The notes beneath the pieces were generated by a model that was not told where the DNA came from, made no database searches, and saw only the letters and a list, made by a program, of their open reading frames with translations. The position numbers and the translations under genes were made by a program. Below are positions 1 to 12,426 of a DNA stretch of 64,000 nucleotides, in pieces (position 1 is the first letter of the stretch; each line of letters opens with the position of its first letter). The stretch is from Eledone cirrhosa (lineage: Eukaryota): positions 239,630,001 through 239,694,000 of the forward strand of contig OZ024743.1 in assembly GCA_964016885.1 (NCBI GenBank), in the 5' to 3' direction.

Positions 1-496
1 ATTGTCCTTCAGTACATCTTATGCTATATACTACATTTCTAGTTTTACAGTTAAGATGGGGGCTTAGTTTACAGATTATGCATTTCTTATCTATATAGGG
101 AGGTCTTTGAAAAGGGTATGTATTGCTAATACGTGTTTTTATGGAGGTACCTGGTCTTTCTACTATCTTAATATTAAGTTTATATTTATCTAGGGCCCTT
201 CTAAATTTGTAAGCTAATTCACCTCTAGGGGTTGTATTGACGAACATTACACTCTGGTATTTATTGCTATCCTACCATGAGTTTATTCTATTAACCTTAT
301 TTCTAGTTCTTTCTATTCTCTATATATATAAAGGATAAACTTGAACCGTTAAGGTATCATTCCTGGCTATGTCAATATTTATAGAACAAACTTCGTATTT
401 TTATCTGATGAGTGCGTACCAAAGTGTTGGTACCCTTGAAATATATATAATAGTATAAATATGGTTTTATGAATATAGTTTCCATTTATTAGTATG
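1..496 (+). mobile_element. Penelope-like pLTR/3' end fragment, family A, ending in (TA)n
   Basis: Shares 'atgtcaatattt...tttatCTGATGA...GAAATATATATA...aaatatggttttat.aatatagtttccattt' with the copies at ~32890-33108 and ~54036-54310. The upstream boundary is uncertain. Confidence 0.6.
396..458 (+). ncRNA. Minimal type I hammerhead ribozyme (family A)
   Basis: CTGATGA at 405-411, stem II gtacc/ggtac, GAAA at 438-441, palindromic TATATATA in place of stem III. Stem I is imperfect. Confidence 0.55.
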
Positions 497-522
497 ATAT
501 ATATATATATATATATATATAC

Positions 523-551
<29 letters not shown>

Positions 552-558
<7 letters not shown>

Positions 559-635
559 CGTATTTAAGAAAGCCACAACAATGCAGAGGGAAATTTCCCT
601 CTGCATTGTTGTGGCTTTCTTAAATACGTATTTTA
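552..635. repeat. Perfect 84-bp palindrome with no spacer, between (TA)n tracts
   Basis: taaaatacgtattt...gagggaaa|tttccctc...aaatacgtatttta, centred at 593/594. Confidence 0.95.
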
Positions 636-672
636 CACATTTCACAATGCTTCAAGCAAACTTTAACACCCT

Positions 673-712
<40 letters not shown>

Positions 713-942
713 GAAACACACAGATACACGCGGACACACACATATATACATGAATGCATCCGCACCCAACTGTGAGTTAAGGGTGCCAACTTCACCGATG
801 TTGCTCAATGAATAACCGGGACAGACCAATTCAGTTGAACTAGACTGAACCAGTATCAGAGTTAAAAATACATTATGAAGAGAGAAGAAACATTTAGATA
901 TAATTAGTAATAAAATGTATCATACCTAAACTGCTCCTAAAT

Positions 943-1032
943 TCCTCGACTACGTAGTTTCGTGGGGTAAACAAAAACAATATATCATAAAGATATAGAG
1001 TCCCTGCGAGGTCTGCCGACTTATCAAGAGGA
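943..1032 (-). ncRNA. Hammerhead ribozyme, U3-A8 core variant, long stem II insertion (copy 1)
   Basis: Minus strand reads tcctc-TTGATAA-gtcggca...ccac-GAAA-CTACGTAGTC-gagga. Stem II is partly mutated in this copy. Confidence 0.6.
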
Positions 1033-1537
1033 TGCCTCATTTTACTAGTCTCAAGAACGCGTCTACACGACGTGAAAAAGAATCCCAAAAGGCGGAGGGG
1101 GAGATAGTCACGCGATATAACGGTCGAGAAACAGAGCTAAGCCTCTTATAACCACGAAGAAAATACCACAGAGGCGAAGGGGGTATTCATATCGAGGCCG
1201 CAGAAGAGGTGGTGAAGAAGGCTAGAAGTATGAGTAATGGAAGCTTTCCAGTTGTCCCCACACCTCAAAGATTGCTCGACCAGAGGGAGTTATTAACAAT
1301 ATATTTAGAAACACACAGATACACGCGGACACACACATATATACATGAATGCATCCGCACCCAACTGTGAGTTAAGGGTGCCAACTTCACCGATGTTGCT
1401 CAATGAATAACCGGGACAGACCAATTCAGTTGAACTAGACTGAACCAGTATCAGAGTTAAAAATACATTATGAAGAGAGAAGAAACATTTAGATATAATT
1501 AGTAATAAAATGTATCATACCTAAACTGTTCCTAAAT

Positions 1538-1627
1538 TCCTCGACTACGTAGTTTCGTGGCATAAACAAAAACAATATATCATAAAGATATAGAGTCCCT
1601 GCGAGGTCTGCCGACTTATCAAGAGGA
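1538..1627 (-). ncRNA. Hammerhead ribozyme, U3-A8 core variant (copy 2)
   Basis: Same motif 595 bp from copy 1, with stem II gt(c)ggca/tgccac. Confidence 0.7.
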
Positions 1628-2020
1628 TACCTCATTTTACTAGTCTCAAGAACGCGTCATCGGTGAAGTTGGCACCCTTAACTCACAGTTGGGTGCGGAT
1701 GCATTCATGTATATATGTGTGTGTCCGCGTGTATCTGTGTGTTTCTAAATATATTGTTAATAACTCCCTCTGGTCGAGCAATCTTTGAGGTGTGGGGACA
1801 ACTGGAAAGCTTCCATTACTCATACTTCTAGCCTTCTTCACCACCTCTTCTGCGGCCTTGATATGAATACCCCCTCCGCCTCTGTGGTATTTTCTTCGTG
1901 GTTATAAGAGGCTTAGCTCTGTTTCTCGACCGTTATATCGCGTGACTATCTCCCCCTCCGCCTTTTGGGATTCTTTCTCACGTCGTGTAGACGCGTTCTT
2001 GAGACTAGTAAAATGAGGTA

Positions 2021-2110
2021 TCCTCTTGATAAGTCGGCAGACCTCGCAGGGACTCTATATCTTTATGATATATTGTTTTTGTTTATGCCACGAAACTACG
2101 TAGTCGAGGA
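2021..2110 (+). ncRNA. Hammerhead ribozyme, U3-A8 core variant (copy 3)
   Basis: Stem I tcctc 2021-25 pairs with gagga 2106-10. TTGATAA at 2026-32, GAAA at 2092-95, CTACGTAG stem III, GTC cleavage triplet at 2103-05. Confidence 0.72.
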
Positions 2111-2179
2111 ATTTAGGAGCAGTTTAGGTATGATACATTTTATTACTAATTATATCTAAATGTTTCTTCTCTCTTCATA

Positions 2180-2236
<57 letters not shown>

Positions 2237-2269
2237 TATATATGCGGGTCACACCACAACAGAAACGCT

Positions 2270-2404
2270 AACCCTCCAATTCATTTTTACCTGTGATAAA
2301 CCGATAAAGTAAATAAATATTCTTAAAAGACTCCAGTTGCATTTCAATTCATTTTCCTTATATTTTATCCATGTGGGACATTTAATAAAAACCCTACTTT
2401 CTTA
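2270..2404 (+). mobile_element. Diverged copy of family C pLTR-like element
   Basis: Reverse complement matches 'agaaagt...ggttttt...aaggaaaa...aatgcaactggagtctttt' of 26582/27845. Confidence 0.5.
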
Positions 2405-2406
2405 TA

Positions 2407-2438
<32 letters not shown>

Positions 2439-2461
2439 TGTGGGGGGGGTATTTTTGTGTG

Positions 2462-2526
<65 letters not shown>

Positions 2527-2661
2527 AGTAAGAAAATACTCTGCCAGGTAGTGATTTCTTGATCTTTCTGTATTGCTTCCCCTCTCTTCTTTTGAAACCG
2601 TTGACTTCGTCTGTCCTTCCCTTCTGTATACCTCGTTCTCTCATTGTTTCCTTACTCTCTC

Positions 2662-2728
<67 letters not shown>

Positions 2729-3312
2729 TTGTTTCCTTACGCTCTATATTTCATTGTTTCCTTCCTTCGTCTCTTTTATTTATTAGTTTCATTCCTAAAT
2801 ACTTTATCATCGTAAAATACTTTAAATGTTTTTTTTTACCTAATAAACGTTTAAATTTTAGAATTACGCCCGCCCACACATACATACACTCACGCACACA
2901 CACATATGGTTGGAGCGTATGTATTTATGTCTACGCGGGGGGTAAGGCGGGGTGAAACATACAATGTTAAGTTTTACATTAATAGTGCTTTAAATTGCAA
3001 ACACTACTTCATAAAACAGCTAAAGCCGCTATTTGTCACCTGTTTGAGATATAACTTCAGTTTTAACACTTTCTTCAAAGAGCAGCAACATCTTCGTTGA
3101 GTACATCGACATAGCCATCATCGTTGACAACACCCCGTCATCATCATAGTCATCGTTGACAACATAGCTACCATCACCATTATCACCACCACCATCAGTT
3201 ATCGCCTAAGATGTTGTCATATCGAACATATCAAATCTGTCAGTCAAACTAAAAGCTTGGCTTTAATACAAACATTTTCTTTTTATATAACAACAATTAA
3301 GATTATTATTAT

Positions 3313-3343
<31 letters not shown>

Positions 3344-3384
3344 TTTATATGATTATTATTACTATTATTATTATTGGTGAATAA

Positions 3385-3765
3385 GGGCGGTGAATTGGCA
3401 GTTTCGGTAGAGGGTCGGACGCCATGCTTTGACGTATAGAGTTACGGCCCTTGCCATTTTGAGTTCAAATCCCGCCGAGGTTAACTTCGCCTTTCATCCT
3501 GATGGGGTCGATAAAATAAAGTACCAGTAATCTACTGGTAATTGCTGGCCTTGTGCCAAAAGTAGAAACAATTATTATTATTGGTGAATTGTCAGTATCG
3601 GTAAAGCGTCAGACACCATGCTTTACAGAATAGAGTTATGGCCCTTTACATTCTGAGTACGAATCCCGCCGAGAGTAACTTTACCTTCATCCTTAAGGGG
3701 TCGATAAAATAAAGTACCAGTAATGTACTGGGCGATTGCTGGCCTTGTGCCAAAAGTAGAAACAA
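3385..3765 (+). mobile_element. Two tandem tRNA-derived SINE copies
   Basis: A-box-like TGGCAGT(T/A)TCGG, B-box GAGTTCAAATCC, core gcctttcatcct..ggggtcgataaaataaagtaccagt, and (ATT)n tail. Confidence 0.85.
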
Positions 3766-3826
3766 TTATTATTATTAGTAGTAGTAGTTGTAGTGATAAT
3801 AGCAGCAGCAGCAGTAGCAGCAGCAA

Positions 3827-3867
<41 letters not shown>

Positions 3868-4087
3868 GTAGTAGTAGCAGCAGCGGCAGCAACAGCAGCA
3901 GCAGAATTACTTCAGAGTTGCCCTACCACTTTTCGGGCGAGGGGCTTAACGGGAGAGCAATAAAATTGAAATAAAAAAAGGTTAAAATAAAGGATAAAAT
4001 AAAGAAACGACGCAGAAAGAAGGAAAAACCAAAGGAAAATAGAAGGAATGAAAGAGATAAATATATGTAATTATATATATATATATA

Positions 4088-4164
4088 TAGTTATGTAATA
4101 AACAACATAAGATAATTATTTCATTTACCAGTGGTAGTTATCTTATGTTGTTTATTACATAACT
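4088..4164. repeat. Fold-back inverted repeat adjacent to (TA)n
   Basis: tagttatgtaataaacaacataagataa ... ttatcttatgttgtttattacataacta. Confidence 0.85.
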
Positions 4165-4229
4165 AATAAGCTCTGTAACCTACATAGAGCACTCTTTTTC
4201 CTGGACCTTTCCGACGGAATTACTTCATT

Positions 4230-4269
<40 letters not shown>

Positions 4270-4331
4270 GTGGTGGAACACTGGAAGGGAATATCCGTAG
4301 TGGTAGAGCACTCAGTCCAAGGGACGAATTA

Positions 4332-4449
4332 GATAGAAGTGGTTTCACATCAGTTAGTTCACCATACCGAGAACAATTGTTTCATGTGAAACAAGGTGAA
4401 ACAATTGTTCTCGGTATGGTGAACTAACTGTTGTGTAACCACTTCTATA
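4332..4449. repeat. Fold-back inverted repeat containing the 3' half of an HHR (GAAACAATTGTT)
   Basis: atagaagtggtt...gaacaattgtttca / tgaaacaattgttc...aaccacttctat. Confidence 0.8.
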
Positions 4450-4456
4450 TATATAT

Positions 4457-4519
<63 letters not shown>

Positions 4520-4523
4520 CGGA

Positions 4524-4670
4524 TTAGAGCAAACATCACGAGCGCTCTATCTCAAAATTATTTTTGAAAAGCATTAGAAATGCGCAACCGGTAAAAACTT
4601 TTAAATAAATCTGAATACTAACCAATACTTATTACTAATTTATACTTATTCCTAATTAAACTATTTTTCA
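4524..4670 (+). mobile_element. Family B HHR-like element (diverged copy)
   Basis: Matches 37123-37320 (agagcaaac...ctctatctcaaaattatttttgaaaagcatt...gcgcaaccggtaaaaac). Confidence 0.8.
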
Positions 4671-5031
4671 CATAAAACATGTCTATGGAATCACCAGATA
4701 AAATATATACCGTTTCCTCTCCCAATTTGCATAATTAACCATATAAAAAATCAATTAGATCAAGCTATAAGAATAAAAGCTCCTATGAAGAAATCTCCGA
4801 CAAATAACCGAAAGCAGCCCCTGTCTATTTATACATGCTGTCGAAATATTCGATAAATACTCCGTGGTAACCGCCGCGAAGGGGCTGCTTTCGGTTATTT
4901 GTCGGAGATTTCTTCATAGGAGCCTTTACTCTTATAGCTTGATCTAATTGATTTTTTATATGGTTAATTATGTTAATTGGGAGAGGAAACGGTATTTATT
5001 TTATCTGGTGATTCTATAGACATGTTTTATG
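4671..5031. repeat. Inverted repeat with ~150-bp arms and ~60-bp spacer
   Basis: cataaaacatgtctat...cgaaagcagcccc / ggggctgctttcg...atagacatgttttatg. Confidence 0.9.
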
Positions 5032-5145
5032 ATATATTGCTCTGATTATTTAATTTATTAATTCTTCATTGAGCCACAAAGTGACCCGTTGCAACATATA
5101 TATCTATATATCTATGACTTTATATATATATATATATATGTAAAC

Positions 5146-5315
<170 letters not shown>

Positions 5316-5422
5316 CTATGTATATATGTATGTACGTAAAAGGTACACAGAAATAACAACATAACTGGCACAGTATATGGAAGGAATATATTAGGTTAAC
5401 GCTTCAAATAGCAGGAAGAGGG

Positions 5423-5459
5423 TCTTAACGTTTCGGACGCTAGTCCTTCATCAGAAAGA
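5423..5459 (-). ncRNA. Minimal hammerhead ribozyme (family F, PLE-type)
   Basis: Minus strand reads tcttt-CTGATGA-aggactagcgtcc-GAAA-cgtt-aaga. The flank is shared with 28445-28520, and a degenerate copy lies at ~58935-58975. Confidence 0.65.
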
Positions 5460-5857
5460 TTGAAGGGGTTGAATTGAAAAAAATGTTTTCAGAGAAAAAT
5501 AACGGGTCCATTCATGTTGCCATCGCTTGGTATATATTATTAGTATATATAAGGGAAAGGATAATAAGAAAAGGGTTCGAAAGGGGCACCTGGTATATAA
5601 AAAGGATCTTTATAAGGTACAAAAAGTTGATGCTACCGAAAATGTTTTCTTCGCTTTGGATCTTCAAAACTTTTGTTATTAGGTTAAATTGCTTTCTCAT
5701 TAAAACTCCTGCATGTTGGAGAGAGAGAGAGTCTGCAGTGCTGAGACCGGGGAGACCACTAATCACGTGAGTACTCGATGCATGGGTAGATGCGGAGTGT
5801 GTATGTCGATGTGTAAAATCCCGGCCGAGGCACCAAGCGATTTCGAGATTTTAAGCA

Positions 5858-5889
<32 letters not shown>

Positions 5890-6007
5890 CCCCTCTCTCT
5901 CTATATCTATCTATCTATCTATCTATCTCTCTATCTATCTCCTCTCTTTTTTTACGTATATATATATATATATACTTTTGAGGGAGGAAGAGATAGGCAG
6001 ACAGATA

Positions 6008-6253
6008 GGTTAAAAATACAGATATAAATATATATATATAGTCTATCAAAGTTCTTTCGTCGCACATCTGCGACACAACAGTACTATTATGTTACCTCCC
6101 ATTGTATTGTAATGTCTACGCCATTAAATAAAATGGCGTAGACATTACAATACAATAGAAGGAAACATAATAGTACCACTGATGATGTTGCAGATGTGCG
6201 ACGAAAGAACTTTGATAGACTATATATATATATTTATATCTGTATTTTTAACC
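6008..6253. repeat. Fold-back palindrome with ~120-bp arms
   Basis: ggttaaaaatacagatat...tctacgccatt / aatggcgtaga...atatctgtatttttaacc. Confidence 0.9.
6174..6217 (+). ncRNA. Minimal hammerhead ribozyme
   Basis: tacca-CTGATGA-t-gttgca-gatg-tgcgac-GAAA-gaactt-tgata. Confidence 0.65.
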
Positions 6254-6423
6254 GATGGTCAATCAATGATAAACATTGATTGCCGAATGAATTAACTTTG
6301 GAGATATAAAAGATACAGAAGCGAAAACCGACCCAAACCAAAGAGTGAGTGTGTTCTGTTATTATTTCTGCTGTTATTATTTCTGGCAATAATTTTACAA
6401 TATAACCCTCCCCAAGTATAACA

Positions 6424-6456
<33 letters not shown>

Positions 6457-6899
6457 TTTATTTACAAAATGGCAAGTCATCGAAAGCCCAAATAGCATAC
6501 CTTCTAATAATCTTATAAAAAAAAAATTCTATCACAGGAAGTTATTAAATTTCTCCTTTAGTGTTGTTTTATGATGCTATGTATGGCATTCCTCTCAGAT
6601 TTTCTCTATTATTATTATTACCGGTCTGTTGGGACGCTTTTTGCTCGCTCCCAGTAAGTCGCTTTATTTACCTGTTAAAGTTATTTGTTGTTAAATATTT
6701 CCTGTCGTGTAAGGGATATAAGCCCTTAGACTTTGTGAAGGGGAAAGTAAAGATATAAGCCCTTAGCCCTGTGAAGGGGGAAGTCAAATATTTGGGCCTT
6801 TTGGCCCAAATATTTTAACATTTTATTTTTAAAATACTTGTTTTTAAAAAAAAAACATGGTTGAGCCCCCCCCCCCCCCCAGCGATATGTCTGTTGTCG

Positions 6900-8720
6900 T
6901 CTGACAACGGCGTAAAAGTTGAGAGGAGGGTTATAAACATTGTTACAACAGACACCACCACAAACAACGTGAACAAAGACAACACTGAGAACACTAATTT
7001 CGAAAAGATTACCACACCAACTACAACAATAACAGCGTCAACCAAAATACAGACAACAGAAAAAAATGACAACAAATGCAACAACGATATTAACACCACT
7101 AACAAGAAAATAAACAATGACAACACCAACAGCAACAATACAAATTGCACCGAAAACAACAACAACGGTGGTACCAAAACACAACCAACTACAACAGTTA
7201 TAACAGCAACAACACCAACAACACTGTTTGTAGCAGTAGCAACAGCCAGCAACAACACCAACAAGACCAGTAGGGCAACAATAATGGTACCGCTGAAAAA
7301 GGGGCCACTTCTTTCGCAGGTGTGGCCCGAAATATAGAAACAGTGCTAATCACGGAGGAGGAGATGGCAGTCGCAAGAGCCATGGTGTCGAGAAACGACA
7401 ACAGAGTTTCATTGAAACCTCCACCCGATTTCTTCAAAGTCCAGCAACTGCGCACAGTGACTTACCGCACCGTAAGCACAATGTCGCATCGGGTGGAGAG
7501 AGCCATGGAGGCTCGAATCCAAAAGACCTTGGGGTGCGTATGGGCACGCAAAACCCACATCACCCGAGGCAAAAAGTACGTCACAGTAGACGTACCTTTC
7601 GCCACCCCACAAGAGGCGAAGTCTCACTCTTTAGAAACCCTAAAGAGTGAGGAGATAGTCTTGGTGCCCTCCTACTGCGGACAGAAAATTGTGAGGGTCA
7701 AAGTGACCCAGGTCCCACCCGACGCGCCCATGCCTTGGCTGGCCGCGTCTGTACTGGCTGGAATCGAGGAGAAGACCACCATACTGCAAATACAGAGAAG
7801 GGGAAGAGAGAACTGGTCAGGAATATGCATGCAAATGCTAATACAGACTGACCAGGAATGCATCGAGCCCATCAAGACCTCATAGACCTCGAAGAAGTGC
7901 TCCAACTCCCTATAAGCGTGGAAGGAAGGCGCCTAAAGTGCTATCTCTGTGGGCAGAAGGGTCACCTCAGGGCCTTCTTCCCGCAGAAGACATCCAAGAA
8001 AGGAGGCCCCCCTCCTTCCGCCGCCTGATCCGCTGCTACCAAGAGCAGGGAAGGGAACAGAGGCAGAAGACCCTTCCATAGTGAGTAGGATGCAACGTCC
8101 GTGGCACCCATACCAAGGCCACGGATAACTAGAGTAGCGGCAGCAGTGGCGACAACACCAAGCGTCGCAGTAGCTACGCCGGCGGTAAAATCGCCGGAGC
8201 GGGCTCCACTACCTCCACCAACAGCAGTGGAGCTCATGCCCCTCCCGGACGCCGCGGGGTCCGACATGAAGTGTGAGGCGGGAGGGAAGTGGCAAAAAAC
8301 CCCTTAGATTCACCCTCCAAAAGCGAAGGCAGACAAAGAGGGGTAAAAGCTGCGAGGAGACTTGCAGCAACACCATCACCATCACCACCAACAACAACCA
8401 CACCACCACCACCATCACCAAAAACACCAACATCGCAAACACAACAAAACACACACACCCAACAGCAACAACAAGAAAACAGCAACAAAATCGCCCCCCC
8501 AAAAAAATACACAGCCATAAACATGGTAAATAAAGAACTCCCACAACACATAAAGCAGCACACAGGCATCACAGAAAAAAACTACTACTCCCCACCAACA
8601 CTAAGAACTCTCCCGACAAACATAAACATCATAGAAATCTCAATAGAACATTACAAACTTTTAAAGCAAAATTCCCCACCGCAGTTGGAGACTTCAGAGG
8701 GTCGGTTACCAAGAGGATAG
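6900..8720 (+). pseudogene. Tx1-type ORF1 (gag-like), frameshifted
   Basis: T/N-rich N-terminus, ORF 7322-7885, then ISVEGRRLKCYLCGQKGHLRAFFP (degenerate CCHC knuckle, ~7910-7983), and a low-complexity C-terminus. Confidence 0.7.
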
Positions 8721-8835
8721 ACACCGATATCCTCATGGAAACACCCATGACCAGCCAAAGGGATGGTTCTACTCTCCCTTCACCACACGATCAAGGTAAG
8801 TTATCCTTTCTCACTCACCCCGTTTCTCATCCAAC

Positions 8836-11800
8836 ATGGCCACACTTAGAATAGGCAGTATAAATGTACGTGGGCTGGGGTCATCTTGGAAGCAGGGTCA
8901 CCTGCTCAACGACCTCAGGTCATTAAACATAGATGTGGTGGCGATCAGCGAGACCAGAATCTCCGAAGCACGAGCCTTCGCACCGATCTTCGGCGGCTAC
9001 GATGTATACGCATCTCCCAGCCGTCCAGGATCGGGGGGGAGGGGTTGCCGTGCTTTTTCGGAGAGCCTTGGATCTCGCCATATGGGCCATCTTCCTGGAC
9101 CCAGAAGGTAAGTCGGTGGTGCTGGACGTGACCGGCAGCGAAGGCAATGCTTTCAGGCTAGTAGCCGTCTACGCCGCAACAGGGGCAGGACGGCCAGATT
9201 TCTTCAGACGTCTAGAGACCTTTCTTGGAACGTCCCGCTCTTTAGTATTTGTGTGTGACTGGAACGGTATCTTAGATGCACGCTGGGATTATGTGGGGCT
9301 AGTAGATAGGGCAGGAGGGTGTAAAAGCCTCACCAACCTGCTCAGACGTTTTGAACTGTCTGATAGGTATAGACTGGATTATCCGAATGTGCCAATGTGG
9401 ACATGGGCAAACCTCATCGGGTAATCCAGATCGTATTTAGATAGGGTATTCTGTAGGGAAACAGGTAAGTCGTCCACAATTTAAAGTAGTCGACTACACG
9501 GACCACAAATTTTGTAGTCTGTGAAGTTGACTTAGATAGACTCCATAGGCAAGGGCCCGGCTACTGGAAGCTGAACGCGTCGTTCCCGGCGCGGAAAGCT
9601 TACAGAGACCGGATTAGCGTATTAGTTAAGCGTGCGTTGACGGGTGCGATCATCAACAACAGGTGGTGTTTTAGAGTAGAATCGATAAGGTTTAGCACAG
9701 GAGTAGTGATAGAGGAAAATAGAGTAGAGGGAGAGTTAGTTAGAAAGCTAGAAGAAGCGTTTAGGACAGGCATCGCAACCGACGTGCTTGCGGCGAGATT
9801 GGCACTCGACCAATTCTTCAACGCAAAGCATGAAGGCTGCGTTGTCAGAGCTAAAGCGCGTGCTCTAAGACACGAGGGGACGAAAGTCGTTCAATGGGCC
9901 CGGGTTTTGTAGGCGCGACGTGGCAACAAGTCCACAATTCGGTCTTTGCCTGATCAAAACAGGCGCATGTTGCTCGAACCCGAGCAGATGTGTGCGGCTT
10001 TTCAACAGCACTTTGCTCAATTGTTCGGGAGAGGCGGCGGGCCGGATCGGAGTATGGACTTCGGTGCATACCTCGACGGACTGCCGCTTTATGCGTATAT
10101 GCCAGACTTGTTCGGCAACCTCTTGGCAGATGTCTACTGCAACTGGCAGCAGAACGGAAGCATTCCCAGTTTTGCGAGCCGGGGAGCGGTGGTGCTGCTG
10201 AGAAAAGACCCAGACAAGGGGGATGTTATAGACAATTTCAGGCCGATAATTCTGCTAAACGCAGAGTTTAAGATTTTGACCAAGCGGTTAGCAAAGAGAT
10301 TGGCGCTTGTCGTCGGTGATCTGGTGGGTGAGGCGCAGACATGCGCATCCCGGACAGATCCATCCACGACAACCTCTATCTCATGCGATACATCATAGAG
10401 AGGGTGGTTAATGAACCTGGCACAGATGGGGCCCTGATCAACTTGGATCAATCTAAAGCATTTGATAGGGTCGACCATCGGTACCTGGCTGCGATCCTCG
10501 GGGCGGTTGGCTTCGGGCCCGTTGTTAGGGGCTGGATTGCTGCGATGCACAGCGACATCTGCTCGATTGTGAGGGTGAATGGTCACTTGTCGAAGCCTTT
10601 CAGCATCATGCGGTCGGTCCACCAGGGATTCCCCCTCTCGGCCCTCTATACTTACTGGCCCTAGTGCCGTTACTGCACGAATTGGAGACGATGAGGGGGG
10701 GGGGGGTCCCACGCGAACTGGGATGCGGGAGATCCGTGTCAGCTTACGCCGACGACGTCACCGTGGTGGTGTCGATCACCAAACACGTCCAGATGCTCGG
10801 CACCGCTCTCAAAGAATACTAAGCGGTGACAGGATCAAAGATAAACCAGGAAAAGTCGGTGAGATTGCAGCTCGGCACCTGGAGAGGCAAGCCCATGCCG
10901 TCCGACAGAGCCGTGGGGCGCTTGGCGGAAAGACCGGTTAAATTGCTCGGAGTCTGGTTCGGTCCGGACCTCCAGATAGAGAAAAACTGGAGCGAGGTGA
11001 CGAGCAGGGTGGCCTCTCTCACCCAGAAATGGGCCGAGAGGAGGCTGTCTCTGAAAGGTCGGGCGGAGGTAGCGAATGCCTACATAGCGACCGTCATCTG
11101 TTACCGCTTGACCGTCGTACATTGCCCCCGCCCAACTCTGACCAAAATGGAGCCTTCTCTTCCACTTTTTGTGGAAGTGACGCATGCTCCCATGGTCAAA
11201 CGGTCCGTTTGCTGTCAACACCCGTTGCGTAGCGGACTAGTCATGCCGTGGCTGATGATGCGCAAACATGCTCTGAGGCTGCGACATCTCTGGTGCTTCC
11301 TTGACGGTGAACAGGTGTGGTCGCTGTTTGCCAGACGCGCTTTTCCCCAGCTCGTCTCCTTGACGGAGCTGCTGTCCTGGATCAGGAAAAGACCGAGGGA
11401 TAGCGCTTGGCAGCTGGAATGTCTCCAAGCGCTCAGCGCCCTCTACCAGCTGGACACTAGTATCGGTGGAATATCCACCTCTGTGTTCTGTAGAGGGCTA
11501 GTGGAGGGAAAGAGCCACGACGTTCTCGAGGAGACCCTGGCGTCGAAGACGATCAGCTGTTCGCTCTCTTCAAGAGAACTTTCAGACCGGGGCCTATGGA
11601 CCACTTCCAGAAATCCCTGGCCTGGCAGTGCCACCGGGGAGGTTGCCGGTTCGGGATAAGCTCCACAGGCACGGAGGTGCTGTCAGCCGAGCCTGTCCAA
11701 GATGCGCGCAAGGCGTCGAAACCGTCCTACCGGCACTCGTTCAGTGCCCGAGAATTGCTGACTTGTGGAGCTGTATCGAACAGTTACTGTAGCGTGTAGG

Positions 11801-12110
11801 ACGGATACGCTTATCGACTGAGTCCATTGTGCATATAGCCCCGCCATCCTCCTTTAAAGAGGAGGAAGGGCAGGCAGTTTTCATCTGCCTGGTGGCCATG
11901 GCGAAAGAGATTGTGTGGTGGACAAGGTTGAAAGGGTTAAAGACAGACAATATCCTCTTCGGCCAATCCCTGATTAACTTTTTCAAGTTTCACTTGAAGA
12001 GGAAAATCAGGGTGTAGAGGCAATTGCTGTCTTCTAGCAAGTTTGTTGAAAGGTGGGTGAAAGTGGCGAGTCTGGTCCGAATGAACGGGCCGCTCTGAGT
12101 ATACGTCTGT
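8836..12110 (+). pseudogene. Tx1-type ORF2: APE endonuclease + reverse transcriptase, with multiple frameshifts and stops
   Basis: LRIGSINVRGL, DVVAISET, FVCDWN, YTDHK, PGYWKLNAS, NFRPIILLNAEFKIL, LDQSKAFDRVDH, SAYADDVT (~10740-10762), CPRCAQGVET (~11695). Confidence 0.9.
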
Positions 12111-12365
12111 AGACTGAGGAGAGAGAAAAGTGAGAGAGGGTGCTTGCCCTGGTAGTCAGGGTGGCCATGGTCTTTTGTGTGGTTTTCACCACGAGTAACC
12201 CTCGGAGGTTTCCCCCTTCTTGGGGAATTTTTGTTTTGGGGATTTCTAGCCCGATTTTGTTATAACCTGTATACACGACCAAAACCCACTTTGTATTGTC
12301 CTGTACTGTTCTGTGCCGTCTCTAATGTTTTTCTTCGTGTCAGCCCTTGTGGCCAGTAAAGAACC

Positions 12366-12426
<61 letters not shown>

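Larger units (their letters stand above)
707..2183. mobile_element. Non-coding 595-bp HHR-bearing unit: ~1.6 tandem copies on minus plus an inverted ~0.9 copy on plus (retrozyme-like / non-autonomous PLE)
   Basis: Sequence starting at 711 repeats at 1306 (595-bp offset). 1658-2183 is the reverse complement of a permuted unit. Both sides are flanked by (TA)n and the copies are nearly identical. Confidence 0.85.

Noticed and set aside
894-2159. Duplicated 64-aa ORF (894-1088 minus, 1965-2159 plus) as a small protein
   Set aside because: It uses a TTG start, overlaps the HHR, and its duplication merely reflects the repeat unit.
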